The notes under the pieces are model-generated. The model was not told where the DNA came from and did not search any database. It was given only the letters and a program-made list of their open reading frames with translations. A stretch of 64,000 bases of DNA from Octopus sinensis (lineage: Eukaryota). Below, piece after piece: positions 11,547 to 25,680 of the stretch (position 1 is its first letter; each line of letters begins with the position of its first letter). Location: positions 15,996,001 to 16,060,000 of the forward strand of contig NC_043012.1 in assembly GCF_006345805.1 (NCBI RefSeq), in the 5' to 3' direction. Both the position numbers and the translations under genes were made by a program.

Positions 11547-13244
11547 ATGCTTAAATTAGGTTGTGTGAATGCGCGTGGCTTGGCGTCGGCTTGGAAACAA
11601 GGTTACCTTCTAAACGACATCAAGTCACTGAACGTGGATATAGTAGCTATCAGTGAAACCAGACTCAGCAAGCCGCGGGCCCTCGCGTCCATGTTTGGCG
11701 ATCAATTCGACATTTATTTTTCTCCCTGTCTGCCGAACGTGGGTGGTGGTGGTACCGCGGTGCTTTTTCGAAGGAGTCTAAATGTAAAAGTAAGAACAAT
11801 ATTCCTAGACCCGGCGGGTAGGCTGGTTGTCTTGGACGTGGATGGCAGAAATGGGTGTGCATTCCGTCTGATGGCAGTTTATGCACCGTCCTTAACGGGT
11901 CGGGCGGATTTCTTCAGACGTCTAGTGGTTTTCCTGGCGCTTCTGTATATATTGACTCTCGAGCCGCTACTGCGGAAGCTGGCGACACTGAGGGGCATCC
12001 CACGAGAACTGGGTTGCGGGACGAGCGTGTCGGCATATGCGGACGATGTCACCGTCATAGTGTCGAGCGAAAAACACATCCAGATGATAGGCGAGACACT
12101 AAGAAAATACGAAACGGTGACGGGAGCGAATATTAACCCGGAAAAGTCAGTGGGTTTGCTACGCGGCACCTGGAGAAGCAAGCCCATGCCGTCCGACTGC
12201 GGCTCAGTAGTGGGACGCTGGACGGACGGACCGGTTAAATTGCTCGGGATGTGGTTCAGTCCGGACCTCCAAATGGATAAGAACTGGGACGAGATCACGA
12301 GTAGAGTGGTCGCTCTCAGCCAAACATGGGCCGAGAGAAAGCTGTCTCTAAAAGGTCGGGCGGAGGTGGCGAACGCGTACATCTCATCCGTCATCGATTA
12401 CCGCCTGACCGTCGTGCCTTGTCCCGACGCCACCATCACCAAACTGGAACGCATACTCTTCCGCTTCCTGTGGAAGGGTGACGTTCCGATGGTGAGGAAG
12501 TCCATTTGCTGTCAACATCCGTTGAATGGAGGTCTGGGCATGCCGTGGTTGATGATGCGCAGGCATTCGCTGAGACTGCGACATCTCTGGAACTTCATCG
12601 ATGACGGTGAACAGGTGTGGGCGCCGTTTGTGAGGTGCACCTTCCCGCAGCTCGTCTCACTGACCGAACTGCAAACGTGGATCAAGAAGAGACCGAAACT
12701 GGGCGATTGGCACCGAGAGTGTCGCCAAGCTCTACAGCAACTCTGCCGACCGGGGTCAAACTTGTGCAACTTACAAACGACTAAAGTGTTCTATAGAGGA
12801 CTAGTGGAGGGGAGGTCCGACGACACACTCGGGGCAAACCTGGGCGTCGACGAGAAATTCCTAACCCGCCTGTTCAGTACGACGTTCGGGCCTGGGCCTA
12901 TGGATTACTTCCAGAAATCCCTGGCTTGGCAATGCTATCGAGACGCACTACCTGTTCGAGAGAAGAGCTACAGGCATGGTTCGAAAACCATCACCGGACC
13001 GACCTACCCGAGATGCGGTCAGAGCGACGAAACCGTTCTGCACGCGCTCGTGCAGTGTCCAGATATTTCAGAGCTGTGGATCTTCGTCGAACAGCTGTTG
13101 TCGCGTGTAGGACGGGCCGGCTTATCGGCCGAGTCTATCGTGAAAATTGTTCCACCACCTTCCTTTAAACGGGAAGGGAAAACGATTTTCGTTACGCTAA
13201 TGGGTATGGCGAAAGAATGTGTGTGGTGGACGCGTTTGAAATGA
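11547..13244 (+). CDS. Tx1 ORF2 deletion derivative (565 aa open; half endonuclease fused to RT C-half); probably non-functional
   Basis: In-frame junction near 11935-11945: ...RADFFRRLVVFL|ALLYILTLEPLL...SAYADDV. TGA at 13242 (probably from GGA) cuts off a natural end near 13424. Confidence 0.7.
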   Translation: MLKLGCVNARGLASAWKQGYLLNDIKSLNVDIVAISETRLSKPRALASMFGDQFDIYFSPCLPNVGGGGTAVLFRRSLNVKVRTIFLDPAGRLVVLDVDGRNGCAFRLMAVYAPSLTGRADFFRRLVVFLALLYILTLEPLLRKLATLRGIPRELGCGTSVSAYADDVTVIVSSEKHIQMIGETLRKYETVTGANINPEKSVGLLRGTWRSKPMPSDCGSVVGRWTDGPVKLLGMWFSPDLQMDKNWDEITSRVVALSQTWAERKLSLKGRAEVANAYISSVIDYRLTVVPCPDATITKLERILFRFLWKGDVPMVRKSICCQHPLNGGLGMPWLMMRRHSLRLRHLWNFIDDGEQVWAPFVRCTFPQLVSLTELQTWIKKRPKLGDWHRECRQALQQLCRPGSNLCNLQTTKVFYRGLVEGRSDDTLGANLGVDEKFLTRLFSTTFGPGPMDYFQKSLAWQCYRDALPVREKSYRHGSKTITGPTYPRCGQSDETVLHALVQCPDISELWIFVEQLLSRVGRAGLSAESIVKIVPPPSFKREGKTIFVTLMGMAKECVWWTRLK

Positions 13245-13709
13245 CTGCAAACAAACACCTTCCTCTCTGGTCAGTCTCTCGTCAACTTTTTCAAGTACCA
13301 CTTGAAAAGGAGGATGAGAATAGAGAGGAAGGCTTTGTCGAACGAATGTTTTAATAAAAAGTGGGTAAAAGTGGCAAAACTGGTTAGTATGAAAGACGAC
13401 ACTATTTTAAGCGTAAATCTGTAACCAAAAGAGACAATGAGAGGTAAGGTGACTTACTCATGTGTTCATTTTCGAACTGTCTGGGGTGACCTTGGTCTTT
13501 TTTGTAGGTTTTTCTTTCCAAGGCTACACCTAAACTGGGAACTTTATATGTATATATTGCTTTTTTATACACCACACAACCCACAGATCCCTATTGATCG
13601 AACGTTTTTTCTTTGTGTGTCCCACCCATCCCACCTCGAAAAGAAAAAACTCTACATTGTATTTCGTCCATTTTTCTTCTGTGTTTAGCCCTGTGGCCAC
13701 AATAAAAAG

Positions 13710-14352
<643 letters not shown>

Positions 14353-14444
14353 GATAAATTATGTGTGTGTGTGGGGGGGGGGTGATGAAGATAGAGGAAG
14401 AGATGATAGCTTGAGAGAAACACAGAAGAAGAGTGAATGGAAGA

Positions 14445-14534
14445 ACAGTATACTATTGGTACTATATTTATCCACACAGTATACTATCGGTACTATATTT
14501 ATCCACACAGTATACTATTGGTACTATATTTATC
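14445..14534. repeat. 31-bp tandem repeat, ~2.9 copies
   Basis: Unit acagtatactattggtactatatttatccac. Confidence 0.9.
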
Positions 14535-15029
14535 GATATGTTGTCGACGGCGCGAATTCAACTTTGAGTGCAAAGAGTGAAGTTGATACCGCAAAGCATT
14601 TTATCAGACGCTCTTAAAACTGGCAATTCACTTCCTCTCTATATATGCATGCATTCATACACACAAATATAAATGCATTTATACAAAAATGTATACATAC
14701 ATACACATATACACTCACATATATTTGAAAAATGTTCTTCCAAAATAATAAAAAAAATTATCTAAAAGAATTATATCATTAAAAAGAGATAACAAATACA
14801 AATCTAATGGAAGATATGAAGGAGATTTTCGTTAAAGGAAGATTTCAACTTACGCGTTTCCAGACATAGCCAACCGAAATCATTAACATGAAATCACGTT
14901 CTAGTCTTCCGAGGCTTTGGGCTAATCTATTTTGTATTTTCAAGAAATTTTTCATCAGTTAATTACTAACTTTAAAGAATCACTTTCTTCAAATATTGTG
15001 CCTGTATTAAAAAAAATTGCACACACACA

Positions 15030-15146
<117 letters not shown>

Positions 15147-15447
15147 AGATGCACTTAAAGGTAGTTACATACATACCTGTATAGACTTATCGAATGTTTT
15201 AACGTACAGAGAACTTCAGTCAAGTATGCGTTCTAATACAGTGTTGTGAATACGGGCTGAGTTGAACTACATTATACATTGTTTTAAAAATACGAACGAA
15301 CGTTACTAAGCGTGTTAAGATTTTTCTTAATTCTAGTCTGTTACACCGTGATTACGTATACATTTATATGAATCTCTCCCTTGCCGTCTCTCTGAGTCTT
15401 TCTCTCTTTATCTGTCTGACGCTCTCTCTTCATATGATACACATGCA

Positions 15448-15487
<40 letters not shown>

Positions 15488-15527
15488 CATCTATCCATCT
15501 ATCTATCTATCTATCCATCTATCCATC

Positions 15528-15570
<43 letters not shown>

Positions 15571-15632
15571 CATCTATCTATCTATCTATCTCTATCTATC
15601 TATCTATCTATCTATCTATCCATCCATCCATC

Positions 15633-15697
<65 letters not shown>

Positions 15698-15734
15698 ACT
15701 ATGCACACACAAATACATATATATAACAATCTAT

Positions 15735-16350
15735 TGACCAGACTATCAGATGTTGTTATAGTCAGTTCCATCTCGTATCCGAGCATTGGGTTCGTCAGTT
15801 TCCATCCAGTCTCCTCGAAAGTGTCCAAGTGGGTGGTGAAAGAGTCATGGGCAGAACTCACACGTGATAGTCGGTGCGGATCGAGGATGCTGAAGACGCC
15901 ACTTTCTTCTGCGTTTTGCCTCCTCATTCTGTTTTATTTTTCTGCTCGAAGGAGCTGGCTCCATTGCGGATAACAACCCTCCAGACTGTCCTATCCATGG
16001 CAATCTGTTCCCATGAGGATGGCTGGATGTTAACTTGAGCCAAAATCCGTTTGAGCTGGCCTTTAAAACGGAATTTCGGACCTCCTCTGGGTCTTGCAAG
16101 TTCTCCGTAGAGCATGATCCTTGGGAGGCGAGAGGGCTCCATTCGCTGGACGTGACGTGCCTAACGGAGACGATGGCGAAGAATGATGGCTTCGACACTT
16201 AGTTGTGGAGCGCGGCGAAGAACCTTGTTGTTGGTAGCGTGATCTTCCCATTGTATGTAGAGGATCGGTCATAGCTTCGATTGCTGGAAGCATTCAAGGC
16301 GCTTGAAGTCAAGGGGGTTCAACACCCAAGTCTCACAAGCGTAGAGTAGA
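15735..16350 (-). mobile_element. RTE-clade LINE 3' fragment
   Basis: TLLYACETWVLNPLDFKRLECFQ...RHVQRMEPSRLPRIMLYGEL...RPRGGPKFRFKGQLK...WEQIAMDRTVWR, the typical RTE ORF C-terminus. Confidence 0.85.
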
Positions 16351-16489
16351 GTCGACATATATATAAATGTATGTTTGTATGCATACACTCACACACATAT
16401 GCATACATACATAGGAAGAGGGATGGTGTTATAAACTACCAGTGACAATGTGCTATTCCTGTCAATGTAGCTTTTGAATAAATGCCATA

Positions 16490-16782
16490 TATAAAACTTA
16501 GATAAAACTTAGATATGTTTCGACCAGAGATTGGTCCAGGCCATGTCTAACTTAATAGCACCACCTGATAGGATTATTCGAATCCTGTTTAAGTCAAGTT
16601 TTGTTCAAGTAGTGAGTTCTTGTTGGGTGAGTTGTATCCAGTTTTGTTCAAGTAGTGAGTTCTTGTTGGGTGAGTTGTATCCAATTATGGGTGGTTTGTC
16701 TGGTATTCTTTGAAGGAATCTATCCAGACTCTGTTTGAAGTTGATGGGATCCTTTTCCTCTTTGATCTCCCTCGGGACAATG

Positions 16783-16783
<1 letters not shown>
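16490..16783 (-). mobile_element. CR1-like LINE, 5'-truncated 3' end (same family as 61437-62497)
   Basis: Reverse complement matches 62240-62497; contains a 43-bp tandem duplication (16598-16683) and an (atctaagtttt)-type tail. Confidence 0.85.
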
Positions 16784-16822
<39 letters not shown>

Positions 16823-16877
16823 TTACTTACATACATACATACATACATATATACATACATATATACATACATAAAAA

Positions 16878-16935
<58 letters not shown>

Positions 16936-18479
16936 CACATAATTATATGTGTGTGTGTGTTATTCTTACACAAGAATATTTTTGATAGTGATTTCGAAGT
17001 TTCGGCCTGCGATGCATTAGTTAGTCTGTAGATCTAAGGTCATTATTGTGTGCGTTTGTTTGAGTGGACTGGTAATTAAGTAGTCGCTTCTTTTATAACA
17101 ATCTCCAATCAATAAAAAGCGTGACCCATTGTTACACACCTATATGGGATACCTCGTACTAAAATGAAAACTTCATGCATTAGAAACAGTATTTTGTTTT
17201 ATCCGTTCGTATTCCAGGTTAGCAAGTACGTTCCGTGCCAAGAAAGTATTCTCAACCATGAGCTGAGAGTACGTTCCAAACACCTAGTGATAAGTAGGTT
17301 GAATTAATTCCATTCGTTGTTTTGGAAGTGCAGGTTGAACCTGTTTCAAATGCGTACTCTATAATTTGAGAATTAGTTCTTAGAATACTATCGCTTCATT
17401 TAATTCTGACTCTCTCTACATATAACTATCTTAAGGATATATGAAGCATTTAGTGAGCAGTTATACGTGGTTTTGAAATTACAATCTCGCTGTTGAAGTG
17501 GAATGTTGATTGCTTATGTGCTGATTACTTATGCGTTGACTTGTTATGTATTGATTGCTTATGTGCTTTATGTTGTGTTGAACTATATTGGAAGAAGTGT
17601 ACAACATTAGTTATTTTATTTTAGTTTATTTTATCTCAGCTGAAATATGTGAAATTTTGTGTAACAGAAAAAATAAACGTTAAAGACTCTAACTAGATTT
17701 GTTTTTACATCCAATTTACATAGTGAGCGGATATTACATTTTCCAGAGCTGGCATTTTATGGTAGCATTCTAATGTGGACTGCACCGATGAAAGTTTTTT
17801 TTTTGGTGGGGTGATGAATAAGATTATATATTCTTTTACTCTTTCACTCTACTAACTGTGATGGTGTAAGAGAATGGGTGGAGTAATTATATATGAAGTG
17901 TCATCATTTGGTTTTTGGTCAGAGTATTGGTTGTCTGTGATCGTTTTCAGGGATGTGTCTAGAATTTAAGGCTTCATGGTTTACGTCTAGTAATGGAATA
18001 AACATGTCTTTGATTCCTCTATAAATTTATCCATACTCTGGTAATTATTTTATTGAAAACGGATAGACCATCTTCTCTGTGTAATTCACATATACATATT
18101 AATAATAACCAAAACTAAAAGACTATCTAGAAGGCGTCCGCTGTTTCGTGTGGAAGCGGAATTATATACAAACACTCAAAACAAGAATTCATAAAGTACC
18201 ATTAACCTATGAGAACATGAATCATTATCCTCTTCTAAGATTACTCACTGTAAACCTTTTCCTTTGACCTGCTTGTGCTACTGACTTGGACATTATCTTG
18301 GGATTTATGCGACTTTAATTCCTTTATTTTATGCCTACTAGTTGGTTTGTCAACATAATTGTTGTGTGGCTATGACATTTTAAACCCTCCAACCACTTGT
18401 ATTTATAACCATATCTAATTATTTACAACTGTATTATTTTTTTTAACATTCATGATGGTATGACTTGCTGAGTGTTTCA

Positions 18480-18830
18480 ATATTGCAGAGAATGACATAA
18501 ACTTTGAGTATATATTGATGCAGCAAATTGAACGATATAACAATCCAACCAGATAAGGTATTTGGCTAGTAAATGTGATGGCGAATCTTTACTCCTTTGT
18601 TTATCCTGCGAAGGATAAATATTTCCTAGATTTTTTGTCTGTGTAAAATGCTTTAGATTTGTTGTATGCATTTATTCCTTTATACATATCCTGTTGCCTG
18701 AATTTTGCATGACTTGCGGACTGTGGTTCTCGCCTAGATTTCCTGAATCCCCGCCTTTTCAAACATATTGCTTCTCTGTTTTTATTCAACTGCAGACGGC
18801 ATAATACCTCAGATATGATAAAACAACACA
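18480..18830 (-). mobile_element. Possible highly decayed Penelope-like GIY-YIG region
   Basis: Frame-hopping peptides KQYV*K(A)G...ARTTVRK...EIFILRRI..., resembling the clearer copy at 46190-46490. Confidence 0.3.
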
Positions 18831-19961
18831 AACGTTTCATTTATGGATACCTCACTATCGTAGAGGATCGAATACAAGGAATTATTCATGCACATGAGAA
18901 ACTGTTTGAGAGGACCGTAATTAAACAATATCTATTGCTTTGATTTTAAATACGAGATCGTAGATATGACAAAACTTCTATCCACACTGAGAAATCGAAC
19001 GATTATTAAAATTACACAAAGCCCAAACTCACATCTGTTATCATAGTTTCTTCATCACAGTGAAGTAGCGTACAAAATATAAATTAAATTACTGCCGATA
19101 TCTTCCGACATTTTATGAGTAGCCATGCAAAGCTTTCATATTAATACTTTTACAGATTGTTTGTTCTAGGTTCCTTTATTCAATAATTGCTTGAGACTGA
19201 ACAATATGAAAGATTCTCAATAAGAATAATAATAAACATCAATAACGATAATAAAAATAGAATTATACAACTAAATATATATGTATCGATTTGATATGAC
19301 AACTATTATTACATTAATACATTTGAAAAGTTAGCACTAAATGACATTTCGATTTTATTCATAAATATAGCAAATTTTAGGTATCAATGCTTCAATGCCT
19401 GAAACTTCATCAACAGAAGGAAAAAAAATATCAAACAATAAAAAAGGAATAGCAGCAAATGAGATCGAAAAAACAACAACAAATACTAAAAAGCAATAAC
19501 AATTTAGAAAAATAAGAAATAGAAAATGTTTGTTTTAACTGAATATCCGAAATCAATATATAAATTTTAATTCCTTTATATTAATTGAAAACCTTTCATG
19601 GATTTCTGTGTTACATGTTTATTTGGTTATTTTGAATGTTTATTTGTTTCCAAGTTGACAACATGAAATTAATATAGAATGTTCTTAATATTGCAAGCGT
19701 CACATTCTTCAGTTTCGCTTATGCACAGTGTGTATGCTGTATCTTTTAACATTTTATGACGTCTTCGTGAGAAAAATCCTCTAAAATTAGTTGCCTGTAC
19801 ATGATTGGTTACTGCGGTTTGGTCGATTTGATCAATTCTGATGATATTCACGCTTACGGCATCGATGCCTAAAAAATAATGCTTCTTATTGAATCTAAAT
19901 GGGATTAGAATATTCTGATTTAACAGAAAAAGTCATGTCATACAAAATGCTCTACAGTGTT

Positions 19962-20044
<83 letters not shown>

Positions 20045-20202
20045 TTTATGGTAACGTTGAGGGCATGCAAATAAAACTCCTATTTCATTATGACGGCTGC
20101 CGTCTAATTATACTGACTAGTGAGTCAGTTTTTGGGGGTTGCATCATGGTTATACCGATATAATGTAGGATAAATATAATAATAAACAATAATTCTAGGA
20201 TG

Positions 20203-20286
<84 letters not shown>

Positions 20287-20529
20287 GCATATATATATAT
20301 ATATATGTAGGCATCTTTGCTTCCAGATTTTAGTAAACTTGCCTCAAAATTTCCTTTCACTCCTCTACCCATTATAAAATGAGTACTAGTAACACACGAA
20401 TAATATATATTTTCCTTCATACTAAATTGACTTTTACATCGAAGCTTTATGGCTGTGCCATCATATATCCCATAGATGAAATTAATCATAAAAAATATCC
20501 ATTGTGGGGCTAATATTTGTACATCTGCT

Positions 20530-20715
20530 AAGTAGAAGAGCTGGCAGGATCATTAGCACGCCGGACAAAATGCTTCATGTTCTGAGTTCAAATTCCGCCG
20601 AGATTGGCTTTGCCTTTCATTTTTTCAAGTTCGATAAAATATGTACCAGTTGAACAATGAGGTCGACTTACCACTGCCCCCGATTTTGCATGCTATGTGC
20701 CAAAATTCAAAATCA
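20530..20715 (+). mobile_element. SINE family B (degenerate)
   Basis: gagctggcaggatcattagcacgccggacaaaatgctt...gagttcaaattccgccgag...cgataaaatatgtaccagttg. Confidence 0.75.
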
Positions 20716-20996
20716 ATATTTTATATTTTCTAAGCTCACCCGCTCGCTCAGAACCTGCAGTTAGAACCATTAAAAAACGAGTAATAGTTAAAATTCCGCA
20801 AAACCTATAATGTTATAAAACACATTACTGGGGAGATATTTTAATGGTCATAATGGGAATTAGTTAAATTATAATAACCAATCGGTTCATCCTTCGTCTA
20901 CAAGTATAAGTTCTTGTTTGCTATTTCTCTGTTTCTCATTTAGTTCTTTGTCCGTCAGTCTTGCCTTCGCTCCCTCTCTATCTGTATCTATTTACT

Positions 20997-21065
<69 letters not shown>

Positions 21066-21129
21066 CTGTGTGTGTGTGTGTCTACACATCCTTGCATTTT
21101 CTATTATACATATATATATATATATATAT

Positions 21130-21350
21130 ATAATTTACAAAATAAGGGCAAAAGAAAAATTCTAATGCCAAATATGCCGAAAAACAGACAAAAATTGTCA
21201 ATAACCATTATAATTCGGCATATTTGGCATTAGAATTTTTCTTTTGCCCTTATTTTGTAAATTATTTATGAATTTAACCTTTAAAGGTATTTTTTGATAT
21301 GCTGGCCATTGATAAAAAATTTTTCTCGAAAACAATTTTATCCTAGATTA
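21130..21350. repeat. (TA)n-abutting hairpin repeat (family shared with 61210-61360)
   Basis: Perfect ~52-bp inverted arms (21130-21181 and 21214-21265); downstream tttaaaggtatttttt...ttgataaaa...gaaaa..ttttatccta recurs at 61305-61358. Confidence 0.8.
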
Positions 21351-21370
21351 GTTATAAATTGAATAGTATT

Positions 21371-23750
21371 CACTTCCGGATTCTCTCACTCTGTGAAAGC
21401 GTCCTCGAAGCGTGGCGTTATTTTGAGTGCGAATCACATCTGTAAGTAACTGTTTAGCTTTGAATTGTTGAAAATTGTTGTTTTGTATTGATTGAACTTC
21501 AAACGTCTGTTTCATAACAGAAAAAATATTGTTATTCCCCTCCTAACGGAGGGGAAAAGTGCTACACTTTGGCACATACACAAGAAATATAATAAATTCG
21601 TGAAAAAAAAAGGATGAACAAAGAAGACATGTTGTTGTCTTCAAAAATATTTAAAGTGGAAACTCTGTCAGCTTCATCAGATAAAGGTTCGCCTTCATTT
21701 GAAGGTGTTGAAGGTTCGACTTCATTTGAAGTTATTGAAGGTTCGCCTTCTAAAGTAAAAAATGTTAAAAATTTGACAAAAAAAGAAAATGAACAAGCTA
21801 AACAAGAAGATTCGTTGAAAACCAAAGCATACAACTTCGCAGCTGCGGCTGGGCCGAAGACTGAAGAAATAAAAATAGACGATACAGAGTATATGAAATA
21901 TAAAGATATGTTTACAAGGGAGGGAAATGATGTAAAAGCCACCCTCCCAGAAGAAATCAGAAAGAAAACCCAAAAGAGGATAATAGTATATAAGTCCTTT
22001 TTAATAAAAGAAAAGAAACTTGAGAAGGTGACTAAAGAGCAGGCAGAGAAGTGCCTACAGCTCATATGGGATGATATCGATTATGTGACAAGAGGAAAAA
22101 AATACGCCACGATAGTGGTATACTTCAAGAATGAACACATGGCGAAGACCCACTCGTTAAGCCCTATTAAGACGAACGAAATAATTCTGTTACCTTCCTA
22201 TTTGGGGCGGAAGACCGCCAAATTAAGAATAGAAGAATTACCTGCGGAAATCGAGGTAAAATGGTTGCTTCCAGCCTTACTGATGGGGCTGGAAGAAAAA
22301 ATAAGTATTATTGACGTAACAAAAATTCGGAAGGAAAACTGGCGAGGACAGAGTCTGCAAGTAACCATACAGGCGGCCCCAGAAACACTGGAGAAGGTCG
22401 CCGGGAACATAAACTTTAGCGAAGAGATAAAATTGCGGGTGGTGGTGGAGGGACGAAAGCCCCGATGATATGAATGGGGAGAGAAGGGACACATCCGTGT
22501 AGACTGCCCCACCCGCAAGAAAGAAGAGGATAAAAGGAAGACGGAAGCGGTGGAGAAAAGGCGAAAGGAGACGGAGGAGGAAAAAAGCAGCAAAAGAACA
22601 CAGAAGAAGAAAATGCCTTTACTCTGGTTAGACAGAGGAAGACCCCAAAAAGGAAGAACGAAGACTCGAACCAACCCACCCCAAGCACAAACAAAAAAAA
22701 GTAATAATGACAATACAGCAAACACACAGGGGGGAAAATCTACCCCACCCAACCACGGTTTGCCACAAAAAGGAAAAAATAGTGAAGACCCCCCCCAGCC
22801 CATCCCGAACAACCACCCCCACCCCCACCCCTCAGTGCCGAACAATTCCCTCCCCTCCCAGACTCCACCCCACCGTCCACCCCACCGTCCACCCCACCGT
22901 CCACCCCATCACCCCCACAAAGCCCAGGAAAGGAAATTAAGGAATTGGAGATGGTGTACGTCGCTATTAACAAGGAAAACGATAGGTTGGTAAAATTCAT
23001 AAATGACACACCAACAGCAGCAAAAACACAGACACAGGGTATTACCCAAAAATGTAGACGTGTATAAAATCGATATGATGAATATGAATATTATTCGTGA
23101 TGAATACCCAAGGAACTATTTTGGTCTTCGTCTCGACCTTCATGAGTCGTTATTCAAGGCGGACTTTGCCCCACGACCAACGGGAAAAATCAAGAAAACC
23201 GATGTCTCATATTCATGTAGGGTGCATAAATGTGCGTGGCCTGATGTCGAACTGGAAGCAAGGACGCTTCCTAAATGACATCAGGTCACGGGATTTAGAT
23301 GTTGTTGTTGCCACAGAAACCTGGTTAAAGGGGCCAAGAGATCCTCTCCCGCTGTTCGGCGGTTACGAGAGAATTATCTCTCCGAGCCGTCCGTCCGGCG
23401 GAAGTGGGGTGTTGGTCCTATGTAAAAAGAACCGGGTTTCTGAGAAAAAGTTGATTTTTTCAGATCCAGAAGGTAGACTGGTCGTCGTTGATTTGACGTT
23501 CAGTAGTTGTAAGACAATCAGACTGGTTGCGGTTTACGCACCCCACAATTCAGGGGAACAAAGAGACGGTGACATGAGCAAAAGTTAATCGCGAAAAGTC
23601 AGTCGGCTTGCAACTCGGCACCCGGAGAGGCAAGTCGATGCCTCCAGACAGCGTCGTGGGACGTTGGACGGAGGGTCCGATTAAGTTGCTCGGGGTTTGG
23701 TTCGGACCAGACCTCCAAATAGAGAAGAACTGGAGCGAGGTATCGAGCAG
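21371..23750 (+). mobile_element. Tx1-like LINE, copy 2 (different subfamily, deleted and 3'-truncated)
   Basis: ORF1 21614-22996 with one stop in the knuckle (R*YEWGEKGHIRVDC); endonuclease start HVGCINVRGL...DVVVATET...VYAP, joined near 23562 to ETVT*AKVNREKSVGLQLG...GRWTEGPIKLLGVWFGPDLQ. Confidence 0.85.
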
Positions 23751-25189
23751 GAATAGGCAATCCGTTTTATTTCTTTTCGGAGATCTACATGTTTATATTA
23801 TACGCATCACTGATCGACCAGTAAATGTTTCCTGAATGAGAAAGTTTGATAGATCCACTGTGAACATGTAGTAGTCAAGACCCGTTATGTGGTCGAAAAT
23901 GTTCCACTTTTAAAAAATAGGTAAACTACTGTTATGTAGGCAATGCTACGTGGGCTATTCTACGTAGTTCATCTAATAGGATGCTTATTAATTTGAGTTT
24001 CTTGGCCGAGGACAATGAGACATCTGGATGTCGTCCAGGAGAAATCTTTTCTTGTACAGAGAGTTGAATAATATTTCCAAATCCCAGCTGAAAAAAAAAT
24101 TCGTTTCATCTTTTTGCAAGTTACACATCTTTGCAAACCTTTTGTAGAAAACTTCCTCAACAGGAGTTCTTTGAAACGAAGTTTTCTACAAAATTCCTCA
24201 CTATCTTTTTTATAAGACCTGCTGCGAGTAGTTTTGAAGTAGATGCGAATTTAAGACCATATTCCAAAAATATTACTTCAAATTTCATGGTCTTGTATTT
24301 CCTTGGATTTTTGTATTGCTTTCTTTCGTTTTAGTTCGGAACTATTGCTCCCAAAAAAGATTTTGTTTTGTGAGTCATTTATACTCTACCTTTCTATACT
24401 ATGTTTTTCGAAGGGATGTTTCCATTTTATTTCATGTCCAATATTAATTCCTATAACATCTTCCTTGGTATTTTGGCTTGTTTTGAGCAGATTCATACTA
24501 TTTTCTCTGGTTTATTTATATTTTTGCGCCTGTTCTTCCATTGCTATTGTTTGGAAACGTTTTATGGTGGTCGAGTTTCTTTTAGTATGAACTGATGAAT
24601 TTCTCTCCATTTTGTTTTATTAATTCTGCATACGAGCGGTTCGGGGTTGTGACTCTGTCATTATGTCTTCTTCTAACTTGTAAACTATTACAAACTATTT
24701 GTTAAGTTTTCTTATAAAAATAAAAATGTATGTGTCTATTTACTTTTCTCTATTTCTATTCTGAATTAGTCTTATATTCTTGTGACCACAGGTATTATGA
24801 TATTAGTAGTTGATTTTGTTCCTTGCCTTTATATGGCATTTCTCTAGAGATCTAATATTTTTTCACTTGTCTTTTTGAGTGTCTTTCAGTGAATTCCTTC
24901 GCCACAACAGCGTCACATTTTTCGAATTTGAATTTGAATTTAGGTACTCTTTGTAGGACTAATTCGAACGTTTAAAAGTACGAGGTGTATTCGGATTTTC
25001 GTTTGCTGATTTCATTCTGATCTTATCTCCTTGACCCCAAATTTACGTGGAAAACCGACATGTGCTCAGTTCTTTAAATCTCTTAAGTGTCTTCCAGATT
25101 TTCGATTCTACGTGCTTTTCAGTACGCTTTTTTCCTGGAAAGAAATCAACGCCAGTTCTGGGATAACTTTTCATCAATATTTCTAATTC

Positions 25190-25680
25190 TGTTTAAATGA
25201 TACCTGGAGAAAATTTCTGGATGACTCCATCATATTTTGGGATAGAAGTAAGGAAGACCTTATAAGATTCCTTCAGTTAAAAAACAGAACTCAAGAATCG
25301 ACTTGAGTAACTATGGAAATGAATGGAAGAGAGCTTCTTCATTTAGACATACTGGTAATTTAAGAAAATAACACTGTTATATACGACAGAGATACACATT
25401 TATAGATAAGTGTTAGGTCATGCTACGCATCCATATTAAACGGAACATTTTATTCAATATGACAAGATGTGTATTTTCAATAGTTTTGGATACAAATAAA
25501 CGAGAGACACAATTGGTAGAACAAACGATAATCCTTCAGAAACAAAAATATGCGAAATAGTTTGTAAAACGTCATAACCACAGCAAATGAGATTTCTCTG
25601 AATCAATGAGCACGAAAAAAAACAGAACAGTAAAAACAAATATTCTGTTTGTAGCTACTTGTAATTACAGAAACCATGAC
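25190..25680 (+). mobile_element. Penelope-like element RT/thumb remnant
   Basis: WRKFLDDSIIFWDRSKEDL...TMEMNGRELLHLDILV...KRNILFNMTR...LQKQKY...ILFVATCNYRN, the PLE RT motif order. Confidence 0.65.

Larger units (their letters stand above)
8747..13710 (+). mobile_element. Tx1-like (L1 clade) non-LTR retrotransposon, copy 1, internally deleted
   Basis: ORF1 with CCHC knuckle CYNCGSPEHLIAKC; ORF2 with APE endonuclease start (LGCVNARGL, DIVAISET, VYAP), RT (LLYILTLEPL, YADD) and C-terminal (C)PRC...H...C; ends AATAAAAAG then (TATC)n. The 5' boundary is inferred from the end of the (TATC)n tract. Confidence 0.85.

Noticed and set aside
23950-24900. Possible decayed LINE RT on the minus strand
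   Set aside because: Only a GNTRP-like word; too degraded to assign.
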